NCBI RefSeq assembly: GCF_000143415.4
Contig: NW_003314421.1
Span: 81,524-145,523, forward strand
Origin: Selaginella moellendorffii
Lineage: Eukaryota > Plantae > Lycopodiophyta
Direction: 5' to 3'
DNA: 64,000 nt
Under the pieces are notes generated by a model. That model did not search any database and was not told the origin of the DNA. It worked only from the letters and a program-made list of their open reading frames with translations. This document shows, one piece after another, positions 37,801 to 49,429 of this stretch. The position numbers and the translations under genes were made by a program. How positions within the stretch are numbered: position 1 is the stretch's first letter; each line of letters begins with the position of its first letter.

Positions 37801-38497
37801 GAGAATGATGACTCTAGATTGGTTGAGTTTGCATCAGGCTGCCTACTCTCAAACATCGCGGTCGAAACAAAAGGAGCAGATGGCTGAATCCAAAAGGTTT
37901 ACATTTCCTTATTTTTCATATCTTAAATTGATTGCCTTTTTTCCTTGTAGGTTTTAGCATGGAACTACCATGCTCTCTGCCACTACTCTTGCCGTCACAG
38001 TATTACACGAGCTGATGAGCGTGCAGGTTTGGCATTGCCAGGATATGATAGCTCAACAGATATCATCCCGAATGTCATCGACAAGGACCATCATATAGAG
38101 TTCCCTGGTTATCGACACCATTCACCAAAGGCCATGCAAATCCTCCTAGAGTTGTTTTGTCCTCCTAAGGGGATTGTGCTTGATGCTACAGCAGGTTTTG
38201 GTTCGATGGTGCTAGCGGCTAAAGAGACTAGGCGTGCAGTTTTTGCACTAGAGAAGGAGAGTGCATTTGAAAGTGTTCTTGGGACATTCCATAACAGGTG
38301 ATAATAAAGTATAAATTTCTCCTTATAGTAATTCCATCATGGTTGTGTATATTAGGTGGATCAATGATGTGGGCTATAATTTGCCATGTTATGCAGAAGC
38401 AATGGCACAAGCTCATATAGAACAAGAGCCCACAGTTAGAGAGCATAATACTATACGAACTCCTCCTTTTGTGGATGTGGATGCTGAGGAAGACTAA
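34822..38497 (+). pseudogene. MULE cargo gene: ParB-like N-terminal domain plus beta-class N4C/N6A methyltransferase-like C-terminal domain (multi-exon, several stops)
   Basis: HLEIPLCRLKQSHWVR…FFIID(E/G)NHRWLAF (ParB/Srx-like). SIDLAFFDLPDG (DPPY-position variant) precedes ILLELFCPPKGIVLDATAGFGSMVLAAKETRRAVFALEKE (motif I/II). GT-AG introns. Confidence 0.78.
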
Positions 38498-39689
38498 GTT
38501 TAGTTTTCTTTTTAGTCGAATTTTTTAGTGGTAATATAGAGTTTCTTCTTTGACTTATGATATTTATTTTCATATTAGATTTATATTATTTAGCTTTTTC
38601 TTGAACTGAAAATATGTCTTAAGTTTTGAATAGAATTGTTGGTTAGTCCTGAACCAATCATTTAAACATCAACTTTTGTATTTGGTGGACTATATTGACT
38701 TTCATTGACTTTCATTGACTTGAGCTCAGCTCAAAAACTACCCAGCCCCCTGCAAAATCCATCAAACGATCGACATCGGGTAAGAGCTTGTTTTGATCGA
38801 TGCTTGCTTGCTTGCTTTGAGATTATTCTCAGGATGGTCTCTGATAAGCTTCACATGAATTACGACGACGTGGTGTGCTGGATTGCCAGCCTCACCAACT
38901 TTTCCAGGCTGCTTTTGCCCATCCAACTCGGCACTCCAAGATCAATTCGAAGAATGGAACGGAACAGCGTGCAGCACATTAATGTGTAAGTGGAACAATT
39001 GCAGTTTTGCTGCTGTAACAATTGACAAGCCCCAGGAGGGTGGCTTTTCCATCTCTGCTCCCAGAAGCTCAAACACCTGGCTGAAGAGTTTGGCCGTGAG
39101 TTAGAACTCACAGCCCATCAGCTGGATGGACTTCCGGCGAGCGTCCATGGCAAGGATCATCTGCGTGTAGAATAGGTGCTGCTCTGCTGGTGGTGCATCT
39201 TCAAGAACTACAAAATTACCTTTGAGCTGTTGAGCGTTTGAGCTATTGAGCGTTGAACCATTGGTAGTCACCAATCCCTTCTGGAATTTGATGATCAACA
39301 CAGATTCCTAAACTCTAAATCCTAAACCTAAACCCTAAATAGGCAAGCAAGGTATCACACGTCTGGAAGGAACCACACCACCCTTGCTAAACCCACAAGA
39401 CTTCAATTCTTCTAGTGTAACATTGAGATAAATTGAATCATATGTGCAAAAAAGCACAAGATCACCTTCATTGAGAGTAAACACCACATATGAATCACAT
39501 ATAGCAACAGGTTTGTGATGTCTTGAATGTCAGCTATCTACCGTGCTCAACACACTTTAGATGATCTAGGAACAAAAGTTCCTAGATCAGCATCACACAT
39601 GTTAGTGGATGCCGTCACCCATACTTGCTACTCACCACCAAAGAGGTCTAGGAGCACAACCAAGGAACGATAGGACAGGGACAGTGTGC

Positions 39690-40535
39690 ACCTAAAAGGC
39701 ATGCAGGCACATACATGCTCTGCATCGGTCACCTCAGAACCCAACTCCCACACTAAGCCCCCATACGACTGAGCTCACCCAAGTTCAAGAATTACCTGCC
39801 TGGATCCAGACTTAGTGGTTACACTAGGAACATCAATTCATTCAGCATCACAAGTAAATGGAGCCATCACCCATCAGTCACACACAAGGAGAAAACTTTG
39901 CCATGCTATTCAATGACTGATCCTTTCGCTAGGTGGAAATGTATCCCCTATCTAAGATTCCAAAAGGCCATTGAATAGCATGGAGCATATGTCCTCCACC
40001 ACATGCTTACTTAGTGCACACGCAAAGGGCATGCAGGCACGTACGTGTTTTTCGTTAGTCACCTCAGAACCCAGCTCCCTGCCAAGCTCCCATGCAATTG
40101 AGCTCACCCAAGTTCAAGACAAGGGAATTGCCCGCCCGGATCTAGACTTGGTGGTCACACTAGGAACATCAGTTCATTTAGCATCACAAGTAAGTAGAGC
40201 CATCACCCATCAGGGACAACACAAGAGGAGAAAACCTTTGTTAAGAATGCATGTGATGGAGGGAGCAAGAAGTTACATGCTCTTGTGCTATGGAAGTACT
40301 GATCATTTCGCTAGGTAGAAATACATTCCCTGCCCGAGATTCCAAAAAATCGCTCAATAGCACAGAGCATGTGACTTCTTGCTCACCCGTCACATGCATT
40401 TTTAACAAAAGGGTATGTCTAGAGCATCACTTCCCCGGCTGTGAAGCACCACTTAAGCCCCCATACGACTAAGCTCATCCACACGTTCAAATATGAGGGA
40501 ATTTTGCTTGCCCAGATCCGGACTCAACGGTTACA
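39690..40535. repeat. Degenerate ~330-400 bp direct repeats (2-3 copies)
   Basis: Repeated blocks gtcacctcagaaccca…gagctcacccaagttcaaga…gttacactaggaacatca…gagccatcacccatcag at ~39728, ~40058 and partially ~40450; possibly the 3' internal region of an LTR element. Confidence 0.65.
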
Positions 40536-41088
40536 GTGCAGCAAGGGGTGTGTGCTTGGGAGGGGGTGTGAACACCCCACTGCCCCAAAACACACACAAA
40601 AGTGAGAGGCTAGCCTAAGCTATGGTGCACCACATATATTGGTCGTCTAAGTCTCCTGGTTCTACCAAAGCATTGGCTAGGACCCATCACAAGCACATGT
40701 GTTGCACCACAGCAATGGGTGTGTAGTCCTCTACCAAAGGCACACACCACCACATTAAGAGGATTAACTGTCAGCCAGCCCACCACCACCGCACGCAAAG
40801 ATCTCAACCTCAGGTCTGACCAAGTCTCCTAGCATTCACCAGAACCTGTCCCAATGTGCATTGTGGTGGTGAGTAGGGAATGTGATGTTGTAGGTAGCAA
40901 AAACAGAGCCACAAGCCAAAACCAAAAGCCAAAGCCCACTTTGAGCTCACCCCATAGTATACCACGTGAAGAGCACTCGCTCACTTGGATTCGGACCCGA
41001 ACTCAGACTCCACCTTGGCTACCCAACTCCTCCAACACCCACACTATCCCTACTATACTTTTGGAACCCCCCCACAATCCCCCCCACC

Positions 41089-44000
41089 TGTTAGGCGCCA
41101 GCTTTGACTACGTGGTCAACGTCAGTCAAAGGGAGGCTCAAGGGTATATTAAGGCATGTTAGGGTAAGGGACTTAACCTACCCTAGGGCTCACAGTGGAG
41201 CTTTTGAGGTAGCTCGGGGGTGGTTGGGTGGTGAGGAACCTCAAGAGGTGGCGTAGCATAGTCTAGGGCGACTAGATCTCTGTCTTTTTGTGCCGGATCA
41301 TAACATTGGTATCAGAGGAGTTGGTTGCGATGGCCGACCAAGCTGAACGTTGGAATCCTATTGTCGATGGTGGTGCCGACGATGGTGCCAACGAAGCTGC
41401 GGAGATTTGGACCATTCAAGATGTGGTTCATGAACTGCAAGCCCTTAATAAAAATCAGCAAGAGATGCAAGACGAGATGCATGGCATGATGGATACCATG
41501 CGTGGCGTGTTGAGGCACTTGAGGCTGGACGGGGTAGCGCTTCAAGTAAGCCTTCTTTGGTAGATCGACTCAAGATTCCAACTTTTTCCGGTGATGGTGG
41601 TGTGGACGAGTGTCTCGCTTGGCTAGCCAATGTGAAGAAGTTCTTGGCTGCTAGAGGAACTCCAGATGCAGAGGCTTTAGTGGCTATTCTGATGGTTTTG
41701 TGTGATGCGGGTCTTCGATGGTGGAATTGGCTTGAGGAGTCCCGTGTTGCGGATAAGAAACCACCAGTGTCTACTATGGATGAATTTGAGGCTGCTTTCC
41801 GTTTATGTTTTGCCCCTCATTACGATGTGGAGAATGCTCGTACAGAACTTCGACATTTCCAGCAAGGGAAAATGACGCTCGGGGACTATATTGAGAAGCT
41901 TACTCGCTTGATTAGTCGTGTTCCAACGAAGGATCCGGATCAGAACAAGTCCTACTTCATTGATGGCCTACATAGTGAGAGCATGCGGCAACACTTGCAT
42001 CATTCTCAGCCTACAAAGAGTTTGGAGGAGCTCTTTGATGCAGCTCGTCGACTTGACAATGACAAACACAAGTCTCGCAAGCGTTCACGGAGTCCTTCTG
42101 TCGAGAATCATCGTGATGATCGCCGTGGACACAAGGATGGGAACAAGCATCACAAGTTGAAGTCGGTGGTGATTACTTCAGATGCAAAGGGGTCCAAGAA
42201 GCAGAAGTTCTTTGTGAAGAATTATCGACAGGGTTGTCATAATTGCGGCGAACTTGGACACTGTCCGCAGTTGAAGAACAAGCAGCAGGACAAGAAGAAT
42301 GGCCAATATTCTTCTCACGGTAAGTCAGATACTCAAAGTTACAAACTTTGCAGCATGAGGATGAGGAGAACGACCATTCCAGTCGAAGGAAGCGACTTTC
42401 GATCGTTGCTCGTCAGGTCAACTGTGTGTGGAACAAGATGGAGCTCGAGGATACGCGTGAATCAGCTTTAATGCTGGAGGGCGTGTTCCGTAGCGATCCA
42501 ATGTGGATTTTACTGGATAGTGGGAGCGATGACAACTTTGTTTCGGCAAAGTTTGTTGCGGAGCATGGCCTGGTCACATGCGGTGTTCTTCCATACACAG
42601 TGGAAGGTGCAGCTACCTCTACTCAGCATTTTGATGCTTGTGTCGAGGGGCTGGAAGTGTTGGTTGGCAAAACCACACTTGTGGAGACTTTTTATCTCGC
42701 GGATATCCATCGTGTGGATCTCATTCTTGGGATGCCATGGTTGGTGAAGGTGGATCCAGAGATAAAGTGGAGTATTAAGCGTATCTCGCTGGAGTATGGT
42801 GGCGTTAAAGATGTGTGGTTTGACGAGGGCGTTCAACCCCCAGTTGTTATGCTCTCTGCTACATCTTTGAAGCGGGCTTGTCGTAATGGAAAAGCACTTT
42901 CGAGTTACTTGCTGTTTGTTCGTGACTTGGGGGACCAAGGCACGTGTGGGGGAGAAGCAGCAGTACGGGATGTACTGGATGAGTTTTCTGATGTTTTTCC
43001 ATCTGAACTTCCTCATGGATTGCCTCCGTTACGAGGTGTGGAGCATGGGATTACATTGGAGCTGGGGACGCGACCAATTTACCGGCATCCATTTCGGTTA
43101 AGTTATGTGAAGGAGCAAGAAGTTCAACGACAAGTCAAGGAGTTACTTGAGTTTGGATTTATTCAGCCAAGTAAGTCTCCATTTGGTGCTCCAGTCTTGC
43201 TTGTGAAGAAGAAGGACAGTTCAGTGCGAATGTGTATTGACTACCGCGCTTTGAACAAGAAGACAGTGAAGGATAAGATGCCGATGCCACGTGTGGATGA
43301 TATCCTAAACAAGCTTGGTGAAGCACGAGTGTTTACCAAGTTGATCTGAGGAGTGGATATCATCAGATTGCAATGGATGATGCATCTATCTCCAAGATGG
43401 CATTCAACACAAGCTTCGGACATTTTGAGTTTACAGTTATGCCGTTTGGTTTGACGAATGCACCGGCCACATTTACTCGGTTGATGACGGAGGTATTTGG
43501 GCATTATCTTCATGAGTTTGTGGAGATTTTCTTGGACGATATTCTTGTTTTTAGCAAGAATATGGAGGAGCATAGGGTGCATTTGCGCAAGGTTCTTTTG
43601 TTACTTCGAGACAGCAAACTTTATGCGAAGAAGAGCAAATGTGAATTTGCAAAGTCGGAGGTGGAATATCTAGGCCATATTGTGACATCTCAGGGTGTCA
43701 AGACGGATCCAAGGAAGGTGGTTATGGTGGAAAACTGGCCTACACTGACTACAGTGGCCGAGTTGCGCAGTTTTCTTGGTATGGCTAGTTACTACTGACG
43801 TTTCCAGCATAAGTTTGCAGAGGTGGCTATTCCTTTGACGCGGTTGTTACGCAAGAATGTGCCATTCGAGTGGAAGAAGCCACAAGAGGAGAGTTTTGTG
43901 GCGCTGAAGCGATTGTTGAGCGAGACTCTAGTGCTTCGCATTGCTGATCCATCGAAACCTTACGAGGTGACATGCGATGCGAGTGGTTATGCATTGGGAG

Positions 44001-46010
44001 GAGTTCTCATGCAAGAGGGACAGCCTATTGCATATGAGAGTCGAACTTTGAATTCTGCAGAGCAACGCTATTCCACATATGAGCAAGAGTTACTCTCTAT
44101 TGTTCATGCTTTGCAGACGTGGCGGCACTATCTTTATGGTGCAGTGTTCGTGGTGTTGACAGATCACAAACCACTTGTGTATCTTTTCACACAGAAGGAG
44201 TTGAACACTAGGCAAGCTCGTTGGATGGTCAAACTCATGGAGTTTGGGGAGCTTCCTATTAAGCATCATCCGGGAAAATCAAATGTGGTGGCAGATGCTT
44301 TATCTCGTGTTCGTCATGTGACGACGTTACGAACAGGATTTTGTCATCATTTGAGTAAGGTGGTCAGCGAGTTTGGGCAGTTGGTTGAGCATGCTCAGGC
44401 TTAGGATGCTGAGGTGGCCTCTTTGCGAGACCAGATGGAAGCCCCCTTCTCATTGGTGGATGGGATTCTTTACTACAATGGCCGTGTATATTTGCCATGG
44501 GTGGATGCGTTAATTACTCAAGTTTTATTCCACTATCATGATCATCTAGAGGCCGGTCATTTTGGGGGGAAGAAGACGTATGAGTTGATTAAGCGCAACT
44601 TTTATTGGAGGAATATGACGCTACGTCCTCAAGTATTGTAATCACTCAACTTGGGATCTCTAGATGACCTCAGCATCAAATCATGCGAGCTTTGTCAGTG
44701 GGTTAAGGTGCCATGGGAGAAGCTGGGGGGACTTTTGCAACCTTTACCTATTCCTCAGAGCCGTTGGTGTAGTATCTCTATGGACTTCATCACTTGTTTG
44801 CCACGAACACAGAGGCAAAAGGAGCAGGTATGAATCATAGTGGATCGGTTGACGAAGTATGTGCGGTTGTTGGCTCTTCGGAAGACTGTCACTGCCTCAA
44901 ACTTGGCTGCGGTTTACTTGGAGAAGGTTTTTCCTGATTTTGGTTTGCCAGAGGACATCATTAGTGATCGAGATTCAAAGTTCACTAGTGGATTTTGGAA
45001 AAGCTTTGCAAAAGCTATGCAAGTGACTTTGAAACTCTCGAGTGGAGATCATCCTCAGACAGATGGGCAAACCCAACGGGTGAATCAGGTGGTTGAGGAT
45101 ATGCTACGTTGTAGCATTGGTCAAAGGCAAGGACAGTGGGATCTATATCTTCCGTTGGTGCAATTTGCTTACAACAATAGCCAACACAGTAGAACCAAGC
45201 TAAGTCCTTACTTTGCCATGTTTGGAAGGCATCCTCGAACAGCGGTGGAGTTGGGTTTGCATTTGAGTAAGGACGTTTAAGATAAGCTTGATTCCGAGGC
45301 GACTGATTTGGCCACAGAACTTGATGAGATTTTGGTGGTGTGCAAATGGAATTTGCAAGCAGCTCAGGATAGAGCGGAGAAGTTTGCCAATGAGCATCGC
45401 CAATTCCGGGAATATAAGGTGGGTGATCTCGTCTTTGTGTGAGTGATCTTTCCGTCAAATGAGCGGCGGAACACCTTGGTGCCTTTATGGACAGGGAAGA
45501 GTGATAAACTTTCCCATCGATATGCTGGTTCATATGAAGTGCTGGAGCACATTGGTAAAGCGGCTTATCGGGTGCAGCTGCCAGCTGGGGTGAAAATTCA
45601 TTCGGTATTTTATGTCAGCCAGTTGAAAGGTGTACTATCTCAGAGTGACGGGCCCAATGCCTCCTTGATGTATACGGCTGTGGAAGATGGACCAGGAGCT
45701 TGAGCAGGGTTCCCCAGAAAGGGTGATCATTGGTACAACTCGTCCTTGGGACAAGGACTTTGTTGGGGGGGAAGAATTGTTAGGCGCCAGCTTTGACTAC
45801 GTGGTCAACATCAGTCAAAGGGAGGCTCAAGGGTATATTAAGGCATGTTAGGGTAAGGGACTTAACCTACCCTAGGGCTCACAGTGGAGCGGCGGCACAG
45901 TGGAACTTTTGAGGTAGCTCGAGGGTGGTTGGGTGGTGAGGAACCTCAAGAGGTGGCGTAGCATAGTCTAGGGCGACTAAATCTCTGTCTTTTTGCGCCA
46001 GATCATAACA
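41089..46010 (+). mobile_element. Ty3/gypsy LTR retrotransposon B, full structure but degenerate
   Basis: LTRs 41089-41305 and 45778-46010 (TGTTA…TAACA). PBS TGGTATCAGAG from 41307. PPT 45765-45776. Domain order gag, PR (LLDSGS), RT (FLDD), RNase H (CDASGYALG), integrase (ISMDFIT, ISDRDSKF, HPQTDGQT). Imperfect TSD CCACC/CCCCC. Confidence 0.95.
41330..45703 (+). pseudogene. gag-pol polyprotein of gypsy B (frameshifts and stops)
   Basis: ORF pieces 41557-42471, 42348-43349, 43373-43798, 43823-44404, 44840-45280, 45443-45703. Confidence 0.9.
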
Positions 46011-46859
46011 CCCCCCCCCCCTCCCCCCTCCCCCCTCCCCCCTCCCCTCCCCTGGGAGACACGCTTTAGGCTTTCACCCCACAACATATATTAGTGTTCA
46101 GGCTTAGAATCTAGAAGTGGTGCGACTCCTGCAACATCAACAATGAAAAAGTGGTGATTTTTTCTTACTTTTTTTCTTGAGTGTCACAAGACAACTTCTA
46201 GGAGCGGATGACATGTGGCACACTATTCATGCCATGTAACATATATTGTTTTTACTGGTTTTTCAAGGTAAGAGTCACATGACATATTTCGAGCTTGGTG
46301 TTATGGTAGTAAATGTAATGTTGCCAACTCATATTTTGGCTAAAGTTGGATGTTTTTGAGTTGTTTTTATTTGTATTAACTTATATCGCCACATAATATT
46401 CCACATGCACTGAAGATGGCACACTAGCTCAATGTATCACTATGCCGTGTGCAAGCATAGGGTTTAGAGTAGGGTAGGGTAGGGTTTGCCTGTGGCATAT
46501 ATTTTGAGCAATTTATATGCTGTGAGCTGTACCTTTTAGAAGGTGGCATTCAGACAGATGGTTTGGATGAGGTGGTATGCCACGTGACATACATTTTCTA
46601 CAATATGCAGCCCATGTGGCACACTTTATATACTCATAGCATGCCATGTGGCAAACCATTGGAGAGGTGGTACCAATGATGCCACGTAGCAAACCCTTGG
46701 AAAGGTGGCATCTTGGAGGTTGCATGCCACATGGCAAACCCTTGGAGGTACCTTTGGACGCCGCATGGCAAACCCTTGGAAATGTGGCATTTTTTAGGTT
46801 CCATGCCATGTGACATAACATTGGAAGATATCTTTTCTGTATATGCCACATGGCATACC

Positions 46860-47165
46860 TCAGGCCCTAGATATGTCCTAGCCCAATATGTTAAGCACCT
46901 GAGATGTCAGGCCCCGGATATGTCGGGCCCCAATATGTTTGGCACCTGATATGTTCGGCCCAGGACATGTCAGGCACCTGATATGCCAGGCCCCGAACAT
47001 GTCAGGCCCTGGATATGTCTAGGCCCCAGACATGTCAGGCCCAGGATATGTCCGGGCCCCGATATGTCCAGCCTTGGACATGTCGGGCACCCGATATGTC
47101 CAGGCCTTGATATATCTAGCCCCGGATATGTTGGGCCCCAGATATGTCGGGCCTTGGATATATCT
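46860..47165. repeat. Minisatellite, ~19-21 bp unit GATATGTCGGGCCCC-like, ~15 copies
   Basis: Repeated (g)atatgtc(a/g)ggc(c/a)cc units. Confidence 0.85.
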
Positions 47166-47591
47166 GAATTTTATTTTGATATGTGGCATGCCCTTTGGTT
47201 TGTTTTCATAGAGTTTTATGGTTTTCAATGTGTGTTACATTGACACGTGGGAGTTTTATGGTTTTCAATGTGTGCCACATTGACACGTGGCATGCCCTTT
47301 GGTTTGTTCTCATAGTTAGAGTTTAGTGTCCTTGACCCTATATGCCACGTGACATATATATGTTTGGACTTGCTTGCCATGCCACGTGGTGACAATCACA
47401 ACACATTATTTCTGACTTATATCCTAGTTAATAACTAACTAACAACAAAATTTGGCAAATACACCTTACATTCACAATTGTAAGTAGTATTTAAAGACCA
47501 TACACTTATATGATATGGAAAAATACTCAAAGTTTATATAATAAAACAGTGATCTTACAAAAATAAATGACTTGTAAGGAAAAATAAAAGA

Positions 47592-47708
47592 GGGGGTCAC
47601 TTGGACTTCTCGGGTGGTCACCCAACCCAATACTATTCAAGCCCAAGGATGTTTAACTTTCGAGGTTTGATGGGATCCAGTGCCATAGTCACAGTTTGAA
47701 CCCACTCT
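47592..47708 (-). rRNA. Divergent 5S rRNA gene or pseudogene
   Basis: Reverse complement reads …GCACTGGATCCCATCAAACCTCGAAAGTTAAACATCCTTGGGCTTGAATAGTATTGGGTTGGGTGACCACCCGAGAAGTCCAAGTG…, colinear with plant 5S rRNA and followed by a T-rich Pol III terminator-like tract. Confidence 0.75.
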
Positions 47709-49429
47709 AAAATATTTCACACTCCCCTACCCTTATAGTGTGGGGCAGCTGATCCAAAGCTGCGGTGTACCTCCACAATCCTGTGTACTTTTGGGCATTA
47801 GAAAACATGCCTGCGGGACCGGTTTGGTACCTCCCCAACAATTCATGAAGACTACACATTTTGGGCCCCAAAACGTGCGAAATGTGGGGTACCTCCCCAA
47901 CTTTTCGTGAAAAATCGTGCATTTTGGGCTCCAAAAAAAGCCCGTGGAACACATGGTACCTTTCCAACTTTTCACGAAAAATCACACATTTTGGGCCCCT
48001 AGCTTTCCCCTCCCTTTTTTTTTCCCCTCCCCCCCTTCCATACCAAGTTGCAGGCAGGTAGGGCCTTCCCCCCCTCCCTCGTGCACATGCAGGCTGAGGC
48101 CTCAGCCTGCACCTTCTCCACGTGCTTTGGGCCCAGGAGAGTCCTCCCCCCTTCCTCCCTCTGTCGCACAGCAGGTGGGGGCCCCTCCCCTTTCCCACCG
48201 CGTGATGCTGGCCCTTGCCAAGCAATCGTGCCGCCCCCAAGGCTTGCCTCCCTTGGAAGCTCAAAGGACCACACTACTACCTCCCTCCCACTCGCCTGAC
48301 AGGTGTGCGGATGTGGTCCCAAGGCCATGGACCGCACATGACAACTCTGCTGAACGTTGGAGTGGGTGCTGGGGAAGCCACATCGAGGCTCTCTCTGCAG
48401 CCGAGAACCCTTGCACAACCCACCCCCCATCAATACTGGGGAGGCCCCCCCCCTGCCCTATGTCACCGGCCAAATGCCACGTGCACTCACACATGTGACA
48501 CTGCCCATGCATTCCACGTCGAGAGTTCCGCATCTGGATCGCAAATTGGGTAACACCTGGCCAGATGCTGCATGTGCTTGCCACCAAAGTAGCTGAGCAC
48601 CATTTCCTTCGTCTGGTGGGCACAGGAAGCCCACAAGGTGAGGAACACAACGGGAGCCATCGAAGTGCCTCGATGTGAGCCAACTCTCGAGCCAACTCTT
48701 GTTTGTATGGGAAGCAGAGCTGGGCAGCTGCAGTTCAACCCCAGCTGCCCAAGAGCCTCCACTCTCCACCCATTATCCTACAGGTATGAAAGTCCCTCCT
48801 CTTTCTGGGTCACGTCCAAGGAAGTACTTGGCGGTGTGACGTGGCTCGCATATAGGGTACGCTCTCCCCTCTTTCCATATGGTGTAGAAGTCGACAAATG
48901 CACCATAGTGGGCAACAACATGGACCTGTATGCAGCCTTCCTCACCAAAAGCAGCATCATGGAGGGAGAGATCGCGAATTCTCGTGGGTGGAACGCGGTC
49001 GAATCTCTATCAACAACGATAATGACTGATCTACAAACATTGTCATGGAACAAGGAGGCAATAGTAGAGAGGGTGTGATATGGAGAGACAAGAAGGAAAA
49101 ACTGAGACAGCACATTGGCCAAATAGGAGTGTTTGGTTCTTGTGATTTCCTTTGCTTCCAGGAACATAGAATAGAAGATTGCCACTTGGTGTCCAAACTA
49201 TCCCTGGGAGAACATTTATAGAACCCAGCAAGGAAAGGAAAACAAGGAACATTGATCATTGCCAAAGGACCCTTACAGTCCCTCTACAACTCCCATTAGA
49301 TCCTGGTCCCAGGACGTGCACACATGGTCACCTTCAAGATGCACACATGAACCATAGGCTTGTTGAACATATACGCACCAGCCTTGAACTCAACCAGCCA
49401 TGCACACTTTCTCCGAATCCTCACGCACA

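Larger units (their letters stand above)
19148..38749 (-). mobile_element. Mutator-like element (MULE) A, ~6.7 kb net, containing nested Sola-like copy 2
   Basis: Perfect 9-bp TSD CTGCAAAAT (19139-19147, 38750-38758). Short degenerate G-initiated terminal repeats GAGCCCGGGTAGGTTTTGAGCT / AGCTCAAAAACTACCCAGCCCC. GCM-like zinc region and SWIM domain typical of MULE transposases. Confidence 0.85.
40567..46086. mobile_element. Probable LTR-like sequence interrupted by gypsy B
   Basis: Segments on both sides of gypsy B (ccctactatacttttgga; ctgggagacacgctttagggctttcaccc) match adjacent segments of the LTR at 56565-56636; boundaries uncertain, no TSD found. Confidence 0.4.

Noticed and set aside
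47707-48769. Cluster of overlapping ORFs
   Set aside because: GC-rich sequence open in many frames with no recognisable domain; could be LINE 5' region but unsupported.
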